A program made the translations under genes and the position numbers. Below are positions 8,878 through 16,680 of a stretch of 34,900 nucleotides of DNA, one piece after another; within the stretch, counting starts at the first letter, position 1; every line of letters starts with the position of its first letter. The notes under the pieces were generated by a model. It searched no databases. It was not told the origin of the DNA and saw only the letters and a list, made by a program, of their open reading frames with translations. Source of the stretch: a virus (Duplodnaviria; Caudoviricetes); the IMG/VR virus record IMGVR_UViG_3300027752_001914, positions 1 to 34,900 of that record, one strand, 5' to 3'.

Positions 8878-9518
8878 TATGTTCTCCAGGGTTGTGCCGC
8901 TGGTAATGGCTTTGCTCTCATTGTTTTATATACTAATGTTGCACGTAATCCTTTGTAAGAATCATTAGGTGGTAATCCGTGATGTGGAATCTTGCCTTTG
9001 AATAGAAAAACTCGACCAGGCTTAGGATAAACTTTTTTCCATTCACCGTCTAGTTGAATAACAGTTTCGCCGCCATATTCGTCTTTCCATTCCCTATTAA
9101 CATAGTATATCCAACTAATACCGTTATCACAATCACAATCAGAATGAGGTGTAGTGTTATGTATAAACTGTTGACCGTTTACTAATATCTCTCCTACTTC
9201 TAATTCAAAAGGAATTAGTTGTGCTACAGCATTATAAATCATACTCCACACACTATCACTTGCTGTAGAACTTTGTGGAGGATATATCTGTTGTTTAAAT
9301 GCAGGAATTTCAGGCCAATCAGGGATTGAACCTACGTCTGTCTTAGGGTCTTCAGGATAGTTACTTGTGTGTCCATAAAACCAATTATAACCACTAAACA
9401 CTAAATCGTGTGTATGTTCAATAATATATTGTGGGAACAGATCATCAATTACAATCATTTGATCTTTATTTAAATCTATTCCGGATAAGTCTTTTGCTTC
9501 TTTTCCATTAACTAACAT
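8877..9518 (-). CDS. 2OG-Fe(II) oxygenase
   Basis: PHSD...YYVNREW..YGGET...PKPGR..LF...PHHG...R motifs. Confidence 0.85.
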   Translation of the reverse strand: MLVNGKEAKDLSGIDLNKDQMIVIDDLFPQYIIEHTHDLVFSGYNWFYGHTSNYPEDPKTDVGSIPDWPEIPAFKQQIYPPQSSTASDSVWSMIYNAVAQLIPFELEVGEILVNGQQFIHNTTPHSDCDCDNGISWIYYVNREWKDEYGGETVIQLDGEWKKVYPKPGRVFLFKGKIPHHGLPPNDSYKGLRATLVYKTMRAKPLPAAQPWRT

Positions 9519-11313
9519 TTTCTACCTTTGCTAAAATTCCGTGTTCTGCTATGTACATATATTCAATGTCACTATTAGCTAGAGTTCTAAAAGCATCATC
9601 TAATGTTTCGACTAAGGGTTCGCCGCCTAAGTTAAATGATGTGTTGAATATAATAGGAACACCGGTTTGTTTATAGAATTCATTAATGTAGTCATAATAT
9701 AATGGATTCTGTTCTCTCGTTACTGTTTGTATACGACATGTACCGTCAACATGTATAATACTTGGAATCTTTTCACCAATGCCTGGTTGACAATTCATTG
9801 CATACATCATATGCGGTGATTCTTTCATTCCACGCATGTCAAACCATTCTTCTGCATGTTCAGCTAGTATAGTACCAGCAAACGGACGGAAGTATTCTCT
9901 ACGCTTAACTTTGTTAACATGATCTTTACCGTTAGGATCTGTTGGATCATACATTAGACTTCTATTGCCTAATGCTCGCGGTCCTGACTCTGAACGTCCT
10001 TGGAACATTGCTACAATATTTTTATCACACATAAGTTTTACAACTGATTCCATATCTGTTGTTTCTAATGTAGCATTATATTTTTCAGCTGTTTCTGTTA
10101 CTTGTTTGTTTGTGTAATCTCTAGGTAAACCTAAATATAAACTTTCAGCAAACGGAAGTACTTCTTTATTTTGTGTTGTTTGATGGTATGCAACAAATGC
10201 CGCGCCAATTGCTGTGCCTGCATCACTAGATACTGGCTCAACGTATAGGTTAATATCCATATCTTTTAAGGTGTCTAAATAGTAATAATTAGCAACACAG
10301 TTAAGCCCGTAGCCGCCACTTACTACAACGTTTTTATTACCTGTGCGTTCTACAGCATCTAAAATTAGTTTTAATACTTGTTCTTGACTTTCGCTTTGTA
10401 ATGCATAAGCTAAGTCTCTTCTATTATCTAAATCTACTAATTTGTCTTGTGGAGTGTTTTCAGGTGTATGTAATTCTTTAAAAAAGTTTTCATTTACTAA
10501 TGCACCATTAGGATAAGTTGGCCTAATTAAGTTAGTGTTTGCCACAGTCCATTCGCCGCCAGCTGTATGATATAATGTTGGTATTTTGTCGTTAGGTTTA
10601 CCATAAGGTGATAGTCCCATAGTCTTGCCAGCTTCAATAGAAGTAAATCCACAGTATTGTGTTACAGCTTCATATGCTTTAACAATGCCGGCGCCGTCAT
10701 CAATAATAACTTCATGTGTACCTTCTTCATCAAATTTTTCACTGGTCATGTTAAGAACATGTGCAGCTCTAAACGGGCCATTGCCACCTAAGTGTTTCCA
10801 AATAGTTTTTATGTTATACGGATATTCACATGTAAAAATACTTTCTAATTCGTATAACATATTATCCCAGCCGTCCATTTGTGCTGGTATAAATGTTCCT
10901 GCACCGTCAACAATCACGGCTGTTGCTGTTTCAAATCCACTTCTATAAAATGCACACGCGGCATGTAGTTTGTGGTGTATATGACTTAGGTCAACTACTT
11001 GCGGATGATTTATTACATCAATACTAGGACTATTATCAATTAAACCTAGTTTACGTGCAAGTCCAGTGTATACATCATCACCTGTAAAGTCTACTTTACC
11101 TGCTGTTTCGCTAACTGGTTGTGTATGTGCAATAACTAAAAAATCAATTTTATCTGTATAATCTAAAATCTTAACCATAGCAGCATACGGGCCGCCATCA
11201 TATTTTTGTCTGCTCAATCTTTCTTCTTCAATTGCAAATACAATTTCGCCATCTTTAAGCAAGCATACTCCGCCATTATGGCCTCTTGTAAGTGCAGCAA
11301 TCCATTGACTCAT
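9508..11313 (-). CDS. O-carbamoyltransferase (NodU/CmcH/TobZ family)
   Basis: EEERLSRQK, HHKLHA, VDGAG, GKTMGLSPYG, SGGYGLNC, GPRALGNRS, KRREYFRPFA, HVDGTCRIQTV and NTSFN..GEPLV. Confidence 0.95.
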   Translation of the reverse strand: MSQWIAALTRGHNGGVCLLKDGEIVFAIEEERLSRQKYDGGPYAAMVKILDYTDKIDFLVIAHTQPVSETAGKVDFTGDDVYTGLARKLGLIDNSPSIDVINHPQVVDLSHIHHKLHAACAFYRSGFETATAVIVDGAGTFIPAQMDGWDNMLYELESIFTCEYPYNIKTIWKHLGGNGPFRAAHVLNMTSEKFDEEGTHEVIIDDGAGIVKAYEAVTQYCGFTSIEAGKTMGLSPYGKPNDKIPTLYHTAGGEWTVANTNLIRPTYPNGALVNENFFKELHTPENTPQDKLVDLDNRRDLAYALQSESQEQVLKLILDAVERTGNKNVVVSGGYGLNCVANYYYLDTLKDMDINLYVEPVSSDAGTAIGAAFVAYHQTTQNKEVLPFAESLYLGLPRDYTNKQVTETAEKYNATLETTDMESVVKLMCDKNIVAMFQGRSESGPRALGNRSLMYDPTDPNGKDHVNKVKRREYFRPFAGTILAEHAEEWFDMRGMKESPHMMYAMNCQPGIGEKIPSIIHVDGTCRIQTVTREQNPLYYDYINEFYKQTGVPIIFNTSFNLGGEPLVETLDDAFRTLANSDIEYMYIAEHGILAKVENVS

Positions 11314-12335
11314 TACGTTTTATCTCCGGTTAAATTACTAGTACCTGGAACTAATTTTGACATTTGTTTTTTAGTTTCAGTGATTTTTTTTGTTACACCT
11401 TTACCTAAGTGCTTTCTTACACTTTTACAAATTTCATCTATTTGTTCTGTTGTTAATTCCATAACTTCATCGTTATGTCTATCCTGTTCTTCTTCCATGG
11501 TTAACCGTATTGGTGCATATACACGTCTACCGTCACCTACGTCTATAATATCAAACTTAGGATCATCTGGATAAGAAATATTAATAGGGTATGTTGATCC
11601 TGTTATAATAGTAGCGGATCCGTCTAATGCTTTAGCCATATGTTGACCTAAACTGTCACATCCTAAAAAGTGATCAGCTACATCAATTACACTTGACCAA
11701 ATACGCAAGTCTGGTATTTGCGGTTGTGCTACTGGATATTGTTTATTTTCTGTTTCCTCTAACGGAACAGGTATTTCGCTCATTATAATTATTGCATACT
11801 CTTTTTTAAGTATATTAATAATGTCTACAATATTGTTTAGTTGAAAACTACGGCTAGTTGGATCTACAATAAAGTCACCGTGTGTTTCTGTTGTTCTTCC
11901 AAATGGTTGCACAACTAATACTTTGTCTTTACCAGTACCTTGCTTTATTTCTTCAACGATAGTAGCTGCTTGTACAATTTCTTGTTTGTTTGGATATATT
12001 TTAGGGGCGCCTACTTTACGCAATCCTTTATTATTGATATCGATATCAAATGCTTGTGCTAAGTCGCACTTTTGGTTGTAGTATTCCCATACTCTATACG
12101 GCTCTGGTGTAACACAATTTCTATCTTTAATGTGTTCTTCAAATAACCCTTTGTGCCAGTGGTCGTATGCTCTATTATGTAGTGTAGGGTGTCCTTTATA
12201 AAAGTCCATACCTCCTTCACATACAATAACAAAGTCATCGTCTGGGTTTTCTTTTTCATATAATTCAAATGCTGGCAAGGAACATATTACTCTTCCTGCT
12301 CCGCCGTTAATAAAAAATGCTGTAGATCTTGTCAA
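11313..12335 (-). CDS. GT-B glycosyltransferase, GT9/heptosyltransferase-like
   Basis: TTG start with AAGGAG RBS; N-terminal GGAGRVICSLP, VVQPFG, and C-terminal FLGCDSLGQHMAKAL..ITGST resembling the GT9 DSGxxHxAxA motif. Confidence 0.65.
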   Translation of the reverse strand: MTRSTAFFINGGAGRVICSLPAFELYEKENPDDDFVIVCEGGMDFYKGHPTLHNRAYDHWHKGLFEEHIKDRNCVTPEPYRVWEYYNQKCDLAQAFDIDINNKGLRKVGAPKIYPNKQEIVQAATIVEEIKQGTGKDKVLVVQPFGRTTETHGDFIVDPTSRSFQLNNIVDIINILKKEYAIIIMSEIPVPLEETENKQYPVAQPQIPDLRIWSSVIDVADHFLGCDSLGQHMAKALDGSATIITGSTYPINISYPDDPKFDIIDVGDGRRVYAPIRLTMEEEQDRHNDEVMELTTEQIDEICKSVRKHLGKGVTKKITETKKQMSKLVPGTSNLTGDKT

Positions 12336-12387
12336 ATTAAACTCCTTATAGTGTTTATTATAACACCATATTAGTGATTATACAAGA

Positions 12388-12395
12388 TATTTATT
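12388..12395 (-). promoter_or_regulatory. T4-like late promoter (AATAAATA) for the modification cassette
   Basis: NATAAATA in the intergenic gap, just downstream of the terminator and about 53 bp upstream of the GT start. Confidence 0.6.
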
Positions 12396-12417
12396 GAGGT
12401 TTTTTCAAATGAGGTGG

Positions 12418-12453
12418 AAAAGCGAACGCAACAATTAAGTTACGCTCGCTTTT
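12418..12453 (-). terminator. Rho-independent terminator hairpin
   Basis: Minus strand reads AAAAGCGAGCGTAAC-TTAATT-GTTGCGTTCGCTTTT. Both mismatches are G-U pairs on the minus strand only, and the hairpin lies directly after the chaperone stop. Confidence 0.8.
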
Positions 12454-12460
12454 AGATTTA

Positions 12461-13189
12461 TTACATTGTGATTGAGTCTGTATCCGGCTCTATCATTCCT
12501 GTTGTTGGATTTGCTCCAACTTGAATTGTTTCCATGTTGTACGCCATTATTGGTGAATTACCTGCAGCTTGCATTGCAGCTGGCCAGTCACGTAATCTTT
12601 GACGATAGTCTAACCATTGATTACGTAATACTGAAGGCATATCATCGGTAACTTCACTGTCACTGTTTTTTAAGAACTGATTACGTTTTGCTCGAACATC
12701 GTCCCAGGTAATGTCTCTACCAATATCTGTCCCCATAATAAAATCTCTAGGTTCTTTAACTGGAATAGTTGGTGTACCATCTTCAGCAAATGTTACAAGT
12801 TCATCATGTAAAAATTGATATGGTAATATTGGTGTTTGGTATGTAAATGGTGCATAACCTGTTACATGAGTTACTCCAGATGGAGTAGCTGATCCTGTGT
12901 GGTCTTCTTCCATTTCATCAAGAATTGGACCGCGTAATTGACATAGTTCTGGATATTCAGTTGCATCTATTTCAACATATCTGCATCCATCTGGAACTGG
13001 TCTACCGTCGCGTTTTTCAATTTCAGTAACTGGTCCTAGTTCTTCTCTACCTGTAGTATTGTTTACAATAAAGAAAAGTTTATCAGGTCCATCATACTGA
13101 GCCGTTCTTGTTTTACCATCTGTAAAAGTATGGTCTACACATAGTTCGTTTGGAACATTGTAAGTGTAATTAAATTGTATCATTGACAT
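12461..13189 (-). CDS. Tail fibre assembly chaperone-like protein
   Basis: C-terminal WDDVRAKRNQFLKNSD...WLDYRQRLRDWP is typical of phage tail assembly chaperones; it follows the fibre-like genes. Confidence 0.75.
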   Translation of the reverse strand: MSMIQFNYTYNVPNELCVDHTFTDGKTRTAQYDGPDKLFFIVNNTTGREELGPVTEIEKRDGRPVPDGCRYVEIDATEYPELCQLRGPILDEMEEDHTGSATPSGVTHVTGYAPFTYQTPILPYQFLHDELVTFAEDGTPTIPVKEPRDFIMGTDIGRDITWDDVRAKRNQFLKNSDSEVTDDMPSVLRNQWLDYRQRLRDWPAAMQAAGNSPIMAYNMETIQVGANPTTGMIEPDTDSITM

Positions 13190-13212
13190 AATATTATTCT
13201 CTCCTGTGTTAC

Positions 13213-13224
13213 TATTTATTTATT
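13213..13224 (-). promoter_or_regulatory. T4-like late promoter (overlapping tandem AATAAATA)
   Basis: AATAAATAAATA in the 36-bp gap upstream of the 13189 start. Confidence 0.55.
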
Positions 13225-13225
13225 C

Positions 13226-14035
13226 TTAGTAAAAAGTTAGTTTGACTAATCCCGGACCGCCTGTACCACCTTGGCCACAGCATCCTCCGCAATAGTTTGA
13301 TGTTGCATTTTGTCCGCCTTGTGCGTATGGTGCTATCCAGCAACCACATCGTATCCAGCAGTAATTTGAGTTTTGTTCAGCATAGCCTGTGTTCATTGCT
13401 ACACCGCCTGTTGAGTGTCCTATGTGCTTCCAACAGTGACAAGCACTACCTGGATACATATAAGCTGACGCACCCTGGAAGTTACCACCGTGTGTATAAC
13501 CTACATAGTCTTGGCTTGAACTTGTACCGTTACAACCTGATTGTACACAATAAGGCATACTTGAGTGACAGTTATCTGTCCAAGAGCCGTTTGCACAACC
13601 TCTTTGTCCACCACATGCACAAACACATATTCCTGCACCACATGCAAACGAACTACATCCGTTACAGCCGTTACATTCTCTACTTAGGCATCTGTAAACA
13701 CCAGCAGCGCACATTCTATATGTACATCCTGATGCTGTTTGTATTGACTTACTTGTGTATGCTCCGCCACCTGGAGGTCCAAAGTGTTGACAACGGTTAC
13801 ATGAACATGCACCCGAGCCATTTCCACCAGCACCCCAAAGTTCAAAGTTTAAGTTACGAACTTGCGCCGGTGTAGTCCATAAACAACAACACCCTGCTGA
13901 ACATCTGCAAGGATCTCCCCAGGTCCATTTTACGCACCAGTTATCTCTAACTCCTGCTGCAAGGTTGTCTGCATCGACTGACCCGTCTACTATTTGGGTG
14001 CCTGTAACTTTTTTATAACTTCTATAACTTGCCAT
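13226..14035 (-). CDS. Cys-rich, Gly-rich-domain putative tail fibre tip/adhesin, paralogue 3
   Basis: ELWGAGGNG...GGG.Y..K...GGTGGPGLVKLTFY Gly-rich frame; about 31 Cys in 269 aa. Confidence 0.65.
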   Translation of the reverse strand: MASYRSYKKVTGTQIVDGSVDADNLAAGVRDNWCVKWTWGDPCRCSAGCCCLWTTPAQVRNLNFELWGAGGNGSGACSCNRCQHFGPPGGGAYTSKSIQTASGCTYRMCAAGVYRCLSRECNGCNGCSSFACGAGICVCACGGQRGCANGSWTDNCHSSMPYCVQSGCNGTSSSQDYVGYTHGGNFQGASAYMYPGSACHCWKHIGHSTGGVAMNTGYAEQNSNYCWIRCGCWIAPYAQGGQNATSNYCGGCCGQGGTGGPGLVKLTFY

Positions 14036-14044
14036 TTCTTGTCC

Positions 14045-14824
14045 CTAAATATATGTTACTCTTATGAGTCCGCCACCGCCAGTGCCGCCTTGACCACAGC
14101 AACGACCACAATATGTATTCATTGCACTTTGTCCACCAGTTCCGTAAGGTACACTAAAGTTGCCACAACGTACCCAACATTCTCTAATACCTTGTGTACT
14201 AATGCCGCCTATAATTGGAGCAACACCTTGGTGTATTTCTTGTACGTGACAATGACAATACCCTGATGCTGTTGACCACGCCGGATTGTTTGGAACAACA
14301 TACATATCACCACCATTGTGTGTTGGACATCTACAGTATGCGTTTATGTAGAAACAACCTGTTGACCATGATGTGTTTGTTTCTGCTCGGTATCCGCCGC
14401 ATGCACAAAGTCCTGAAATATTATATCCGTTTGCATAAGTTGTACAACCATTACAGCCTACGCACTCTCTATTTAAACATCTATATACACCAGAAGCACA
14501 TAAGCTGTATGTACAACCCGGTCTAGTTCCAAATGTTTTTGTGTTATGACTTCCGCCCATAGCTGCTTTAAAGTGGTGACATCTATTACATGAGCATGAA
14601 CCTGCGCCATTTCCGCCTGCACCCCATAAATCTAAAGTTGCTCTGCATACTCCAGTAGGTACAGTCCAGTTACAACAGCAACCTGCACTACATCTACAAG
14701 GTACGCCTGATATCCATTTTACACCATAATTATTTAATGTATTTGAATTGATATCATTATCAGTTAATGTTCCATCAACCATTTGGTCTCCGTGGACCTT
14801 TTTATAACTTGCATAACTTGCCAT
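14045..14824 (-). CDS. Cys-rich, Gly-rich-domain putative tail fibre tip/adhesin, paralogue 2
   Basis: Same frame; about 27 Cys in 259 aa. Confidence 0.65.
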   Translation of the reverse strand: MASYASYKKVHGDQMVDGTLTDNDINSNTLNNYGVKWISGVPCRCSAGCCCNWTVPTGVCRATLDLWGAGGNGAGSCSCNRCHHFKAAMGGSHNTKTFGTRPGCTYSLCASGVYRCLNRECVGCNGCTTYANGYNISGLCACGGYRAETNTSWSTGCFYINAYCRCPTHNGGDMYVVPNNPAWSTASGYCHCHVQEIHQGVAPIIGGISTQGIRECWVRCGNFSVPYGTGGQSAMNTYCGRCCGQGGTGGGGLIRVTYI

Positions 14825-14834
14825 TAATAATTCC

Positions 14835-15617
14835 TTACGTAAATGTTAATTTTACTACTCCTGGGCCGCCAGTGCCACCTTGACCACAGCATCTTCCACA
14901 GTACGAAGCCATTGCGCCTTGACCACCATGTCCTGGAGGTGCTATCCAACAACCACATCGTATCCAACAAACTGATTGTGACATACTAACATTACCACCT
15001 AACATAGGTGCTGCTGTTGGTCTAACATATTGATGGTGACAGTGACAGTTGTAAATACCACTAAAGTGTCCAATGTGACTCATTATGTGCATTTCGCCTC
15101 TGCCTGTGCCACATCCTGGTCCAATACAACAACCCCAACAACTGAAACAATAGTTTGTCCAGTCTGTGTTGGCGTTTGCACAACGTCCGCCTACTGTACA
15201 TAGTTGACAAGCATTGTGACCACAAACATATGAAATACATCCGTTACAAGCAGAACATTCTCTACTTAGGCATCGGTATACACCACCAGCGCACATTAAG
15301 TATGCACACCCTGGTGTTGTAGTAATTGATTTTTGGTTGTAAGAGCCGCCGCCTGCGCCTTGATAGTGATGACACCTGTTACATGAACATGCTCCATTAC
15401 CGTTTCCGCCAGCACCCCATAATTCAAAATGTACCTTGCGTGTACATCCCGGTGCTGTCCAGTTACAACAGCAACCAGCTGAACAACGACATGCGTCACC
15501 TATCAGCCACTTAGTGCAAAGTCTATGACGAACACCGCTGCCCATTTTCTCTTCGGTAACTGATCCGTCAATGATTTGCTCATTTGTAACTTTTTTATAG
15601 CTATCGTACGTTGCCAT
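14835..15617 (-). CDS. Cys-rich, Gly-rich-domain putative tail fibre tip/adhesin, paralogue 1
   Basis: Same frame; about 33 Cys in 260 aa. Confidence 0.65.
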   Translation of the reverse strand: MATYDSYKKVTNEQIIDGSVTEEKMGSGVRHRLCTKWLIGDACRCSAGCCCNWTAPGCTRKVHFELWGAGGNGNGACSCNRCHHYQGAGGGSYNQKSITTTPGCAYLMCAGGVYRCLSRECSACNGCISYVCGHNACQLCTVGGRCANANTDWTNYCFSCWGCCIGPGCGTGRGEMHIMSHIGHFSGIYNCHCHHQYVRPTAAPMLGGNVSMSQSVCWIRCGCWIAPPGHGGQGAMASYCGRCCGQGGTGGPGVVKLTFT

Positions 15618-15632
15618 TTAGTTTTGCTCCTA

Positions 15633-16334
15633 TTAGATTGTAAAGATACGCCATCCGTAAGTGTTATTGTAGAACACCATTTCGAACGCTGCATCTTCTG
15701 TAGTAACTGTTAAGTTCGCTGCATCGCCGTTAATTAGTTTACCGTTACGTCCAACTGTCATTGCTGATCCACTTACTAAGAAAAATCTAACTCTATCACC
15801 CATTGCTGGAGAACTTGGTAGTGTAACTGTATGGTTACCTTGTACCCAGTTTGTTTGCCAACTTAGTGTTGTTCTGCCAGTGCCAACTGCAACGTCTTGA
15901 AATCCACCTACTGTCCATGCTGAACCTGTGTACCATTCTAAATGACCATAATCTATGTTAAAACGCACAAAGCCTTCGGACGGAGAGCCGGGACGCTGTG
16001 CTGTTGTACCACTTGGTATTGTCATGTGTGTTGAAGCTGCTGCTGTCAAATACTGTGATGTTAAAGTTCCTGTAGCGTTAATGTTGCCGCCGAAATAACT
16101 ATTTAATGCTACACCAATACCGCCACTAACTACTAAACCGCCAGTTGCTGTTGTAGTAGCTGCTGTTGTATTTTGCACTAGTAATTGCGGACCTGCTGGT
16201 ATTACAACATCACCTGTTCCATTTGGTTCAATAGTAATATTCTCATTTGGAACAAGACTTGATAATTTGTTGTCAACACTTACTAATCGTGCTAGTAGAG
16301 GTCTTCCAACTGTTCCTGTGTTAATTCTGCGCAT
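15633..16334 (-). CDS. Tail fibre-like structural protein (233 aa)
   Basis: IPSGTTAQRP..EGFVRFN motif (shared with the right-edge gene) and VTLPSSPAMGDRVRF..VGRNGKLING..W, which resembles T4 gp34-type repeats. Confidence 0.7.
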   Translation of the reverse strand: MRRINTGTVGRPLLARLVSVDNKLSSLVPNENITIEPNGTGDVVIPAGPQLLVQNTTAATTTATGGLVVSGGIGVALNSYFGGNINATGTLTSQYLTAAASTHMTIPSGTTAQRPGSPSEGFVRFNIDYGHLEWYTGSAWTVGGFQDVAVGTGRTTLSWQTNWVQGNHTVTLPSSPAMGDRVRFFLVSGSAMTVGRNGKLINGDAANLTVTTEDAAFEMVFYNNTYGWRIFTI

Positions 16335-16344
16335 ATCTGCTCCT

Positions 16345-16665
16345 TTACGATGTTGCTGTTTCTATACCGTAGATTACAGCATTTACATCGGTACTATTTG
16401 AGTATACAACAACATTTTTTGTTGCATCTAGTACAATTCCGCCACGCTCTAAACTACCATTTCCTAGTAGTTCGGTATCAAACTCAATCCACTCAGCACC
16501 GGTTGGTGTAGCTGTAGCTGATACAGCTACTCGTACATCTCTTGATGCTGCGTTTCTATTTGTTACATTAACAGTGATTACTGCAAATGTGTCTGCAGGT
16601 ACAGTATACACAGTGGTGTTTGTTGCCGCTGCTAAATCTGCTATTCCTAATATTCCTGTTGCCAT
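16345..16665 (-). CDS. Small putative virion protein (106 aa)
   Basis: All-beta-like pattern YTVPA..VNVTNR; similar to 31998..32327; GGAG RBS. Confidence 0.65.
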   Translation of the reverse strand: MATGILGIADLAAATNTTVYTVPADTFAVITVNVTNRNAASRDVRVAVSATATPTGAEWIEFDTELLGNGSLERGGIVLDATKNVVVYSNSTDVNAVIYGIETATS

Positions 16666-16680
16666 TTTCTTTTTCTCCGT

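Noticed and set aside
13226-15617. Diversity-generating retroelement or invertible cassette among the Cys-rich paralogues
   Set aside because: There is no reverse transcriptase or recombinase in the window and no non-coding template repeat; shared stretches are short and coding, and the differences are not adenine-specific.
13226-15617. RiPP precursors or metallothioneins
   Set aside because: They are too long, have a fibre-type Gly-rich frame and an adjacent tail chaperone, and no YcaO, radical SAM or Lan enzymes are present.
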